Assembly (NCBI GenBank): GCA_963827165.1
Contig: CAWGZR010000004.1
Coordinates: 64,001 to 128,000, forward strand
Length of the DNA: 64,000 nt
Direction of reading: 5' to 3'
Source of the DNA: Candidatus Bathyarchaeota archaeon
Lineage (GTDB): Archaea > Thermoproteota > Bathyarchaeia > Bathyarchaeales > Bathycorpusculaceae
Positions within the stretch are counted from its first letter, which is position 1. Every line of letters starts with the position of its first letter. Below the pieces are notes generated by a model. It was not told where the DNA came from. It saw only the letters and a program-made list of their open reading frames with translations, and searched no databases. Position numbers and translations under genes: made by a program. This document shows, piece after piece, positions 56,375 to 64,000 of the stretch.

Positions 56375-59279
56375 CAATAGGCTGTCTCAAATGTTCGGCT
56401 ACTCAACCGATGACCTTCTTAAAAAATCGAGCTTTGAACTCATGTCTAAAGAAGAACAAAAAAGGCAAGCTTCGCAGATGAGAAAAAGCCTCGAAAATGA
56501 GCTGATTCAGTATAGGGAATTTGAGTTCCGCCGCAAAGACGGGTCTACTCTATGGGCAGCTTGCAATGCATCACCATTATTTGACGAGAACGGAAAACAT
56601 GTTTCTAACATAGCGCTTTTTAGCGATATTACTGAACGTAAGAAAACTGATGATGCATTAAGGAAAAGTGAGGCAGAGTATAGCTCTCTTTTCGCTAACA
56701 TGATAGACGGCTTTGCTTATTGCCAAATGATATTTGATGATGCAGGCAAGCCTATCGACTTTGTTTATCTTCAAATTAATGATGCTTTTGAAAGAATAAC
56801 GGGATTAAAAAGAGACCTAATTGTTGGAAAAAAAGCATCAGAGGTAATTCCTGGAATCAGGGAAGATAATCCCGAGCTTTTTGAAATTTACGGCAGAGTA
56901 GCGCTTACGGGTCAAAAAGAGAAGGATGAACATTTCCAAAAATACCTAAACGTATGGCTAAATGTTTCAGTTTATTCTCCTGCAAAAGGTTATTTCGCTG
57001 CAGTCTTGGAAGACATCACCGAACGCAAAAAATCTGAAACTGAACGCGAAATCATGGTTGAATTCCTTAAAATAGCTAACGCAAATATTGGCACTAGTGA
57101 CTTAATTAAGGGGGCGTTGGCTTTCTTCCAGAAACAATGTGGCTGCGAAGCAGTCGGCATCAGGCTCAAAGAAGGGGAAGAGTACCCTTATTACGTAACT
57201 AGAGGGTTCCCGCCTGAGCATGTGCGACTGGAGAACCAGATATGCGCAAGAGATGATTCAGGGTACATTGTCCGAGATTCTAAAGGTAACTCGATTATCG
57301 AATGCATGTGCGGAGCCGTGGTATCGGGAAAGTTTGACCCAAGCAAAGAATTCTTCACGGAAAAAGGAAGCTTCTGGACAAACAACACCACATTACTCCT
57401 CGCAACAACAACCGCTGAGTCACGTGGAAAAACACGAAACTGTTGCAACCGCGAAGGCTACGAGTCAATTGCCCTGATTCCCTTGGCCATCGGAGACACA
57501 CGGTTGGGGTTGCTTCAGCTAAATGATAAACGAAAAGGCATGTTTACTCTTGAAATGATTCAGATGTGGGAGCGAATAGCTGACCGTTTGGCATCGGCTC
57601 TTTCAAGGACCGTTGCTGAAGAAGCCCTTGAGCAAAACGAAGTTAAATTCAGAACGGTCGCTGATTTCGCTAACGATTGGGAGTACTGGATTGCACCCGA
57701 TGGTCATATGATTTATGTTTCGCCGTCAAGCAAAAGGATCACAGGCTACGATGCTGACGAGTTCATCAAGGACCCCACACTTCTCACCGGAATCATCCAT
57801 CCCGAAGATAAATCAATTGTCGGTTCACATTTTGATTTGATAAGTTCTGAAGAGATTCACGCCGTTGATTTTAGAATCGTAACCCGCGATGGACAGACAC
57901 GTTGGATTTCCCATTCATGTAAAGCTGCTTTCGACGACAACGACGAATGGATAGGCCGCCGCGCCAGTAACCGCGACATCACAGAACGTAAAAAAATGGA
58001 GCAAGCCTTATCAAATTCACTTGAAGAATCCTACAGACGAGGCTCCGAGATTTCAGCGCTCTTGACGGCATCACGAGCAGTTCTCCAAAACAAGGAATTT
58101 CCGGATTCCGCGCGTGCAATATTTGACACCTGCAAAGAACTAATCGGAGCGACAGCAGGTTACGTTGCCCTCTTAAGCAAAAATGGAAAAGAAAACGAGG
58201 TTTTGTTTTTGGATTCGGGAGGGCGACCCTGCACCGTTAATCCTTCGCTTCCTATGCCCATTCGGGGACTTCGCGCAGAAGCCTACAAATCTGGGGAAAC
58301 AGTAGTTGAAAATGATTTTCCACAAAGCAAATATGAGAAAATCATGCCTGAAGGTCATGTGCGACTCAAAAACGTTCTGTTTGCGCCCTTGATTATCAAT
58401 CGGCAGGTGGTCGGAGTGATCGGTTTAGCAAATAAACAGGGCGGATTTACTGAACGGGACGCCCAAATGGCTGAAGGTTTTGGAGAAATTGCTTCGGTCG
58501 CCCTGACCAATAGCAGGATGCTTGAAAAATTGGCAGAAAACGAAAACGAGTTAAAGACTTACTCAGAACATTTGGAGTCACTTGTTGAGGAACGTACTAA
58601 GCAGCTTAAGGACTCTGAGCGGTTGGCGGCTATCGGCACAGTAGCTGGTATGGTGGGGCACGACATTCGTAACCCGTTACAGGCTATTACAGGCGATTTA
58701 TATTTGGCTAAGACAGATTTGGCATCTACTCCAGACAGTGAAGAGAAAAAGAACGTACAAGAAAGCCTGACAGAAATTGAAAAGAATGCAGAGTACATTA
58801 GCAAAATAGTTGCTGATCTTCAAGACTTCGCTAAACCTTTAACGCCAAAAATCGAAGAGACTACCCTTGAAAAAATAGTTACCGCCGCCCTTGCCACCAT
58901 TAGCATCCCTGAAAATGTAACAACTATTTGTAGTCTCTCAAAAGATCTATCGAAAATAAAATCTGATCCAACTTACTTGCAAAGAATACTGGTAAACTTA
59001 GCTAACAATGCTATTCAAGCTATGCCTAAAGGAGGAAAACTTACGATTTCGGCAATCAGCAAAAACGGCAAGGCAAACATCGTTGTTCAAGACACTGGAG
59101 AGGGCATACCTGAAAACGTCAAAAGCAAGATATTCACTCCATTAATAACAACAAAAGCGAAGGGACAAGGTTTTGGCTTAGCCGCGGTTAAAAGATTCAC
59201 TGAGGCAATGGGTGGAACCATAACGTTCGAAAGTGAAGTTGGTAAAGGAACAAAATTCATAATCGAACTTTCCACCTAA
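56349..59279 (+). CDS. PAS-PAS-GAF-PAS-GAF histidine kinase (C-part of the interrupted gene)
   Basis: Begins mid-PAS (HIFVNNRL); two GAF domains; HDIRNPL; NNAIQAM; DTGEGI; GQGFGL. Confidence 0.88.
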   Translation: MTVAHIFVNNRLSQMFGYSTDDLLKKSSFELMSKEEQKRQASQMRKSLENELIQYREFEFRRKDGSTLWAACNASPLFDENGKHVSNIALFSDITERKKTDDALRKSEAEYSSLFANMIDGFAYCQMIFDDAGKPIDFVYLQINDAFERITGLKRDLIVGKKASEVIPGIREDNPELFEIYGRVALTGQKEKDEHFQKYLNVWLNVSVYSPAKGYFAAVLEDITERKKSETEREIMVEFLKIANANIGTSDLIKGALAFFQKQCGCEAVGIRLKEGEEYPYYVTRGFPPEHVRLENQICARDDSGYIVRDSKGNSIIECMCGAVVSGKFDPSKEFFTEKGSFWTNNTTLLLATTTAESRGKTRNCCNREGYESIALIPLAIGDTRLGLLQLNDKRKGMFTLEMIQMWERIADRLASALSRTVAEEALEQNEVKFRTVADFANDWEYWIAPDGHMIYVSPSSKRITGYDADEFIKDPTLLTGIIHPEDKSIVGSHFDLISSEEIHAVDFRIVTRDGQTRWISHSCKAAFDDNDEWIGRRASNRDITERKKMEQALSNSLEESYRRGSEISALLTASRAVLQNKEFPDSARAIFDTCKELIGATAGYVALLSKNGKENEVLFLDSGGRPCTVNPSLPMPIRGLRAEAYKSGETVVENDFPQSKYEKIMPEGHVRLKNVLFAPLIINRQVVGVIGLANKQGGFTERDAQMAEGFGEIASVALTNSRMLEKLAENENELKTYSEHLESLVEERTKQLKDSERLAAIGTVAGMVGHDIRNPLQAITGDLYLAKTDLASTPDSEEKKNVQESLTEIEKNAEYISKIVADLQDFAKPLTPKIEETTLEKIVTAALATISIPENVTTICSLSKDLSKIKSDPTYLQRILVNLANNAIQAMPKGGKLTISAISKNGKANIVVQDTGEGIPENVKSKIFTPLITTKAKGQGFGLAAVKRFTEAMGGTITFESEVGKGTKFIIELST

Positions 59280-59426
59280 ATTTTTCCAAAGTTCTTAAAA
59301 GTCATAGTCTGTAACGAATAAGAACAATTTGAGCGCACCTCTAACGAAATTATTTGGATTTAAACCCATTTCTTGAGTTTTAGCCTAAACCGCAAAACAG
59401 GCAAAAATTGGATTTATTTTGTCGAA

Positions 59427-59442
59427 AGCGGGCCCGGTGGGA
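59427..59442 (-). other. tRNA 3'-end-like fragment (possible att-site relic)
   Basis: Minus strand TCCCACCGGGCCCGCT resembles the 3' T-stem plus acceptor strand of archaeal tRNAs. No rest of a cloverleaf is present. Confidence 0.4.
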
Positions 59443-59525
59443 CTATATCCAAAAAGGGGGCGGAACAGTTACTTAAAATCACTAACTTCTGAGAAAAACG
59501 CTGGAAAAACAATTCACAGAAGGTA

Positions 59526-59723
59526 TCATTTGGCGAGTTGCTTCCCTTCTAAACTAACAGCGTTTAGGTTTACGCCTTGAGGTGTGGAGGAATCATCAAT
59601 TAGATGCGCAGTTCCATCCGGGCAATAGACTTTATCACCCTTGAAGGCTTTTTGGTAACGCCTGGCACACTCTCTTAATCGGGAGCATCCGTCACAATCT
59701 CTTGACAGTATTTTTATAATCAC
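59526..59723 (-). CDS. Cys-rich microprotein (Cx2Cx5C-x14-C), last gene of the nif-type operon
   Basis: LSRDCDGCSRLRECARRYQKAFKGDKVYCPDGTAHL; GTGA overlap with the DUF364 gene; paralog at 47131..47256. Confidence 0.8.
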   Translation of the reverse strand: MIIKILSRDCDGCSRLRECARRYQKAFKGDKVYCPDGTAHLIDDSSTPQGVNLNAVSLEGKQLAK

Positions 59724-60526
59724 CTCTTTTCCTTTTTTGGAACCACGTGATTAACGAACCTTAGACTAACTTTTTGACCCGTAGAGTATATCCTGTTGTT
59801 TTCTTGACCTGAGCAAATACGAAAAGCTTTTTCGCCATCCTTAATGACAAAGCCAGACAAGTTCTTAACACCAAATTGTGAAAGAACTGGCGCTAATGGT
59901 GTAGAGGGTCCAACGATAACCACATGTGCCTGTTTTGAAAGATTCAGGAAGCGGGGCAATGACTTGTCTACGAGGGAACTGCATGTGATGAAAACGTAGT
60001 CACATTCTGGGAGGATGTATTCTGCTGCGGTGTAGGGGTATTCGCCTTCTTCTGGTTCGCGTCCGAGAATTGAAAGATCACAGACAGGCTGAAACAGTGG
60101 CTCCAGATAGGGAAAATGCTCAATGACAGCGACTTTTTTGTTTCGAATGGCGTTTTGGTATGAAATGAAAGGGTCGTAAACTCTGTCTTCTATAAATTTG
60201 CTGTTGGAGATGCAAACGCCGTTTTTTCTGGCGACAGGCAGTGAATTGTAGTATGCGTTGATTGCTGCTTGGCCTATGCTTGCCTCGATAAGATTCCATG
60301 ATTTTATGCAGGCTGCAAGGTCTCTTAGCTTCATGCCGGGCAGTTTATTTGTAGTAGTGGGGGGCAAGTTATCTTGATATATCACTACGCAAAAGCCATA
60401 GCCTTCTCCGCTTCGGACAAGGGCACTATGCGCTCCGCATACTAACTCATCCACTATACATTCTTTGGGTATCCCTTCAATTAGAGAGTCATATAACTGC
60501 CACATACTGATTTTCCCCGATTTCAT
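59720..60526 (-). CDS. DUF4213/DUF364 (Rossmann-like, putative heavy-metal chelation) protein
   Basis: EASIGQAAINAYYN, KKVAVIEHFP, AAEYILPECDYVFIT, VGPSTPLAP. Confidence 0.85.
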   Translation of the reverse strand: MKSGKISMWQLYDSLIEGIPKECIVDELVCGAHSALVRSGEGYGFCVVIYQDNLPPTTTNKLPGMKLRDLAACIKSWNLIEASIGQAAINAYYNSLPVARKNGVCISNSKFIEDRVYDPFISYQNAIRNKKVAVIEHFPYLEPLFQPVCDLSILGREPEEGEYPYTAAEYILPECDYVFITCSSLVDKSLPRFLNLSKQAHVVIVGPSTPLAPVLSQFGVKNLSGFVIKDGEKAFRICSGQENNRIYSTGQKVSLRFVNHVVPKKEKR

Positions 60527-61538
60527 CTTGCATTTCCTTCAATACTATGATATCACCTGAACGCAGTTGCTGACGAATTGACATTAAAACAGTAGTCAAT
60601 CTTTGAATGTGGACTAAGCTTTCTTTCTCTTCAGCTGACGTCTCAATGATTTTGTATATTCCGCCGTTTTGTATGACAATTCTCTTATCGGCGCTCAACG
60701 CCAAAAGTGGGTCATGTGTAGAGATGAGCACGATTTTATCTTTATTAGCCAACAAACTGACTGCTCGTTTCCAGTCAATGCCCGCGTTTTCAATTTCATC
60801 TATGAGCACGATAGGAGAAGCGCTTAAGTAAGCTGTGTCAGCGATCATAAGCGCTCTTGATTGACCTCCCGAAAGCTGAGTCACCTTGGTTTCCGACATG
60901 AATTTCTCGCCTACCAATTCATTTGCGCATACAAAACATTGTTTTATAATTTGGTCTGAGTTTTCGCGCAGCCGGCTTTTGGCGTGCATTTCAAGGAACT
61001 CTAACACGCTCAGGTCCATGACGAAATTCATGTTCTGCGACAGCTGAGCCACAAGTTTGCCGTCCATACTGAAGCGGTCTTTATCGCTGAGTGCTTTTCC
61101 GTTAATTAGTACCTGACGTTTTGTGGGCGTGTCTCGCTGAGCAATACATTCGATATCATTTAAAAGCTGGCTTTTACCAGATCCGGTGGAACCGACGATA
61201 CTTATAATCTGTCCTGCCTTTATGGTAATACATGCAGCTTCACGTTGCCCGAATTTGTTTCGCCCGCCAAGTATCGTGATAGAACGAATCTTATCATGCT
61301 GTACATCACTTTCAAGCATGGTGTCGAGGAACATCGTGAATTGATTGACGATATCGGCCCTCGAAAATCCGAACTCGGCAAGCTTGTCTTCATTGGCCTG
61401 GGCCAGTACTGTAGCAAGTGGACCCGTTCTTGGCAGATTCTCAAGATTATAATCAACAAAAAAATCCCTTGCTACTGGGTAAAGTGCCAGGATTTCTTGT
61501 ATGTTTTTGGTTTCGACCAGTTTTTTAAAATCTATCAT
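60489..61538 (-). CDS. Soluble ABC-type ATPase with small N-terminal helical domain
   Basis: GSTGSGKS, LSGGQSRALMIAD, VLIDEIENAG, STHDP; N-terminal DUF1858-like segment; no permease adjacent. Confidence 0.85.
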   Translation of the reverse strand: MIDFKKLVETKNIQEILALYPVARDFFVDYNLENLPRTGPLATVLAQANEDKLAEFGFSRADIVNQFTMFLDTMLESDVQHDKIRSITILGGRNKFGQREAACITIKAGQIISIVGSTGSGKSQLLNDIECIAQRDTPTKRQVLINGKALSDKDRFSMDGKLVAQLSQNMNFVMDLSVLEFLEMHAKSRLRENSDQIIKQCFVCANELVGEKFMSETKVTQLSGGQSRALMIADTAYLSASPIVLIDEIENAGIDWKRAVSLLANKDKIVLISTHDPLLALSADKRIVIQNGGIYKIIETSAEEKESLVHIQRLTTVLMSIRQQLRSGDIIVLKEMQDEIGENQYVAVI

Positions 61539-61541
61539 AAT

Positions 61542-62228
61542 TCACCTGAAATCAATTTTCTTCATCATGCCCATCTGATGTTTTTTGCCTATTCGCGTCT
61601 CACCTGTGCAATAGGAACACACAGACGCTGGCGTAGTGAACCGCATTCGCCTATTCTGCAACGTTGTAATATCGACCGCATCAATTATCTGCTTACTCAA
61701 CATGAACGCACCCTGCCCGGTAATGCCATTGATAAACAGAATATTCGCTCGGTTGTTTGCTTGGCGAACGTTAAATCTGAACACCTCTCGCTCTGCCTGT
61801 GACACGATGTCACTCTTAGTAATCACTATTATATCTGCAAGTTTTAACATCGGCCCAATCTTTCGAGGCGTCTGAATCCCCGAAAGATTATCAATTATAC
61901 AAATTGCGGGAATACCGCTGATATGGGGAGAACAGCGGTTACAAAGCCCAGCGCTTTCAGTAATAAGAATATCCAATCTTTCCCGTTTTCCCCACTGCAC
62001 CGCGTCTTCGATGTTGCTAATAAAGAAATGATCAGGACAAACTTTACCTGAAACCCCCACCTGAACTAGAATTCTCGCCTCTTGATAACGTAGCTGATCA
62101 AAAGAAGTGAGGCAGTCAAATTTCACAACTCCAATTTTAATATTTTTTTCCTTTAAGCATGCCGCCAGTTGAATAATCACAGAAGTTTTACCCGATGAGG
62201 GCGGTCCCGCCACAGTGATAAAGTTCAT
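61542..62228 (-). CDS. HypB/UreG-like (G3E) metal-insertion GTPase
   Basis: GPPSSGKT, CPDH, ESAGLCNRCSP, TKSD, C-terminal CSYC. Confidence 0.85.
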   Translation of the reverse strand: MNFITVAGPPSSGKTSVIIQLAACLKEKNIKIGVVKFDCLTSFDQLRYQEARILVQVGVSGKVCPDHFFISNIEDAVQWGKRERLDILITESAGLCNRCSPHISGIPAICIIDNLSGIQTPRKIGPMLKLADIIVITKSDIVSQAEREVFRFNVRQANNRANILFINGITGQGAFMLSKQIIDAVDITTLQNRRMRFTTPASVCSYCTGETRIGKKHQMGMMKKIDFR

Positions 62229-62230
62229 GC

Positions 62231-63496
62231 TTATCCTCCTATCACAAAAATAGGCAAATCAGATTTAATGTATGCAGTTTCTTTTTCAGGCAATAATTTT
62301 GAGCCTTCAAGAATCTTCTTGAATTCCTCATCTTTCAGCGAGCCTTTTTTACCGTTTGCGTAAACTGCTTTAACCTGGTTAACCACTCCTGATATGGTAT
62401 CGTTGCTTGGGTAGTTTCCGGTTATTTCGATAATTTTGTGTTTGATTATGCTTTTGCCGGATTGTTTGCCTATGGTTAAATGTCTTACGTTACCAACCAG
62501 CTCCGGAGGATATGGCTCATAAGTCCAAGAGTCGTTGAGGACGCCGTAGGTGTGGATACCCGATTCATGTGCGAAGCCGTAGTCGCCCACAATGGCTTTG
62601 TTGAGTGGAACGACGAAGCCGGTTGCTTTGCTAATAAAGTCTGCTGCCTGTCTGAGCTTTTGAGTTTTTCCCTCGAACTTTTTGATGCCGTGATGCAAGT
62701 ATAAGTTAAGGACAACTTTCTCGGTTTCCGCATTACCTGCACGCTCCCCAATGCCCAAATAGGTTGTATTTATGTAGATTTTGTCCCATACCCCTGATGC
62801 TGCACGTATGGCGGCCATAGTGTTTCCTAAGGCGTTGCCTAAGTCGTCGTGGGCATGAATCTCCAGCGCCTTAATTCGTGTTTCCTTCTTGAGCGCAACC
62901 ACTTTAGCGGGAATGCCAATTGGCAAAGGTGCGTCCAATTCGGGAAGCCCTATCCCCACCGTATCACAAACACGGTAACATTCTGCCCCAGCATCCGCCG
63001 CCGCGTTAACGAATTTCTTTTCGAAAGCCCAATCCGCACGCGTAGCGTCCTCGCCGTGAACAAACGTTCGTAACCCATGAGTTTTAGCGGCATATTCTAC
63101 AACATCCACCAAATTAGCTAAGAGTTCCTCAGTTGTTTTATCAGGCCATTTTGCCCGCAAATGAATATAAGATACTGGATGCGAGATGCCAACTTCCTGA
63201 AAGTCCAAGTCGATAGCGCTGTCAATATCTTTTTTGACTGCTCTGCACCAGCCAGCAACTCTGCAATCCAACTTCATGCGGTGGATGAGTTTCGCTGCTT
63301 TTTTATCGGGTTCTTGATAATGAAACAGTTCGATTCGTTCAGCACCTATTTCGCAAAGCAAATGCGCGATTTTTGCGGCGTCTTTAGGTCTAGTAGCTAA
63401 GCCGGGCATTTGCATGCCATCGCGAAGAGTGGTGTCATCGATGATGGGTTCGGTTTTGAGGGCGGGCATTTTGAAGAAAAAGTCGTTTAGTTCCAT
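62231..63496 (-). CDS. nifV: Homocitrate synthase-like DRE-TIM enzyme (NifV-like by context)
   Basis: DTTLRDG, CDTVG, HAHDDLG, GIGERAGNA, KAIVG...FAHESGIH, GKQSG. No LeuA regulatory domain. Directly downstream of the nifK-like gene. Confidence 0.7.
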   Translation of the reverse strand: MELNDFFFKMPALKTEPIIDDTTLRDGMQMPGLATRPKDAAKIAHLLCEIGAERIELFHYQEPDKKAAKLIHRMKLDCRVAGWCRAVKKDIDSAIDLDFQEVGISHPVSYIHLRAKWPDKTTEELLANLVDVVEYAAKTHGLRTFVHGEDATRADWAFEKKFVNAAADAGAECYRVCDTVGIGLPELDAPLPIGIPAKVVALKKETRIKALEIHAHDDLGNALGNTMAAIRAASGVWDKIYINTTYLGIGERAGNAETEKVVLNLYLHHGIKKFEGKTQKLRQAADFISKATGFVVPLNKAIVGDYGFAHESGIHTYGVLNDSWTYEPYPPELVGNVRHLTIGKQSGKSIIKHKIIEITGNYPSNDTISGVVNQVKAVYANGKKGSLKDEEFKKILEGSKLLPEKETAYIKSDLPIFVIGG

Positions 63497-63513
63497 GTTG
63501 CGTCACCTTGTGT

Positions 63514-64000
63514 TTATGAGTCTTTAGCGTCCATTATTGCGTTGACTATTGTATCCAGGAGTTGTAAGGAACCTCTGAAGCCAACCATGCTTCGTCTTTG
63601 GTAGCCAAATCGGTCGCTTTGAGGGAAGCCTACTCGAATCAGCGGTATGCCTTCGTCTTTGGAGATGTATTTGCCTTTGCAATCTCCGATAATTAAGTCC
63701 ACGCGGGTTTCTTTGATTTTCTGGTGAAGGTCATACAAATCGCCGCCAACAATTATGTTCAGTTTCTCAGCGTCAGCTCCATACAATGTTGCCAGCGTCT
63801 GCATATCTTGAGCAAACTGGCTTCCTTCAAGCGTCGTCATCACGTGTACCGGCTGCATGCCAAGCTCGTAAACAAAGCGGGTGATACCTTGTACAATATC
63901 AGGGTCGCCGAACACTGCTACTTTTGTGCCAAAGGTAATTTGACTCGAATCAACTATGGCGTCAACTAGCAGGTCGCGTTCATCAATTAACGATTCAGGC
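63514..64000 (-). CDS. nifK: Nitrogenase component-1 beta-type subunit (NifK/NifN-like), C-terminal part; gene runs off window
   Basis: Frame open to the edge: PESLIDERDLLVDAIVDSSQITFGTKVAVFGDPDIV...ELGMQP...DLYDL...DLIIG...PLIRVGFPQSDRFGYQRRSMVGFRG, matching the NifK C-terminal layout. NifK versus NifN/VnfK cannot be resolved from this part. Confidence 0.65.
   Translation of the reverse strand, partial: PESLIDERDLLVDAIVDSSQITFGTKVAVFGDPDIVQGITRFVYELGMQPVHVMTTLEGSQFAQDMQTLATLYGADAEKLNIIVGGDLYDLHQKIKETRVDLIIGDCKGKYISKDEGIPLIRVGFPQSDRFGYQRRSMVGFRGSLQLLDTIVNAIMDAKDS

Overview
Archaeal chromosomal DNA, most likely Bathyarchaeia. This is an inference from the gene repertoire: Sec11 signal peptidase, NucS, proteasome alpha subunit, TrmB and HTH_45 regulators, many ~900-aa secreted beta-propeller proteins, and TATA-type promoters. 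The window holds four paralogous large surface-anchored PQQ-like beta-propeller genes. Each has a TATA box followed by a long 5' leader stem-loop, and one has an 878-bp IS5-family element inserted in its promoter. Also present are a patchwork of small membrane-protein genes with repeated palindromes and orphan C-terminal tails, several unannotated Cys-rich microproteins, three sensor kinases (one a ~2,100-codon CheB-CheR-PAS/GAF-kinase broken by a stop and a frameshift), and the 3' end of a nitrogenase-type operon (nifK-like, nifV-like, metal GTPase, ABC ATPase, DUF364). The best candidate for a little-described system is a translationally coupled three-gene operon at 42418-45781. It encodes a short hinge-less SMC ATPase with Smc5/6-type signatures, an Nse4-like kleisin and an Nse1/Nse3(MAGE)-like kite protein. 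Second is an HTH(Cx2Cx5C) regulator + 'WCP' membrane-protein module, next to a microprotein that fuses both motifs. No complete tRNA, rRNA or CRISPR array was seen. All family assignments come from motif recognition by eye; no database search was run.
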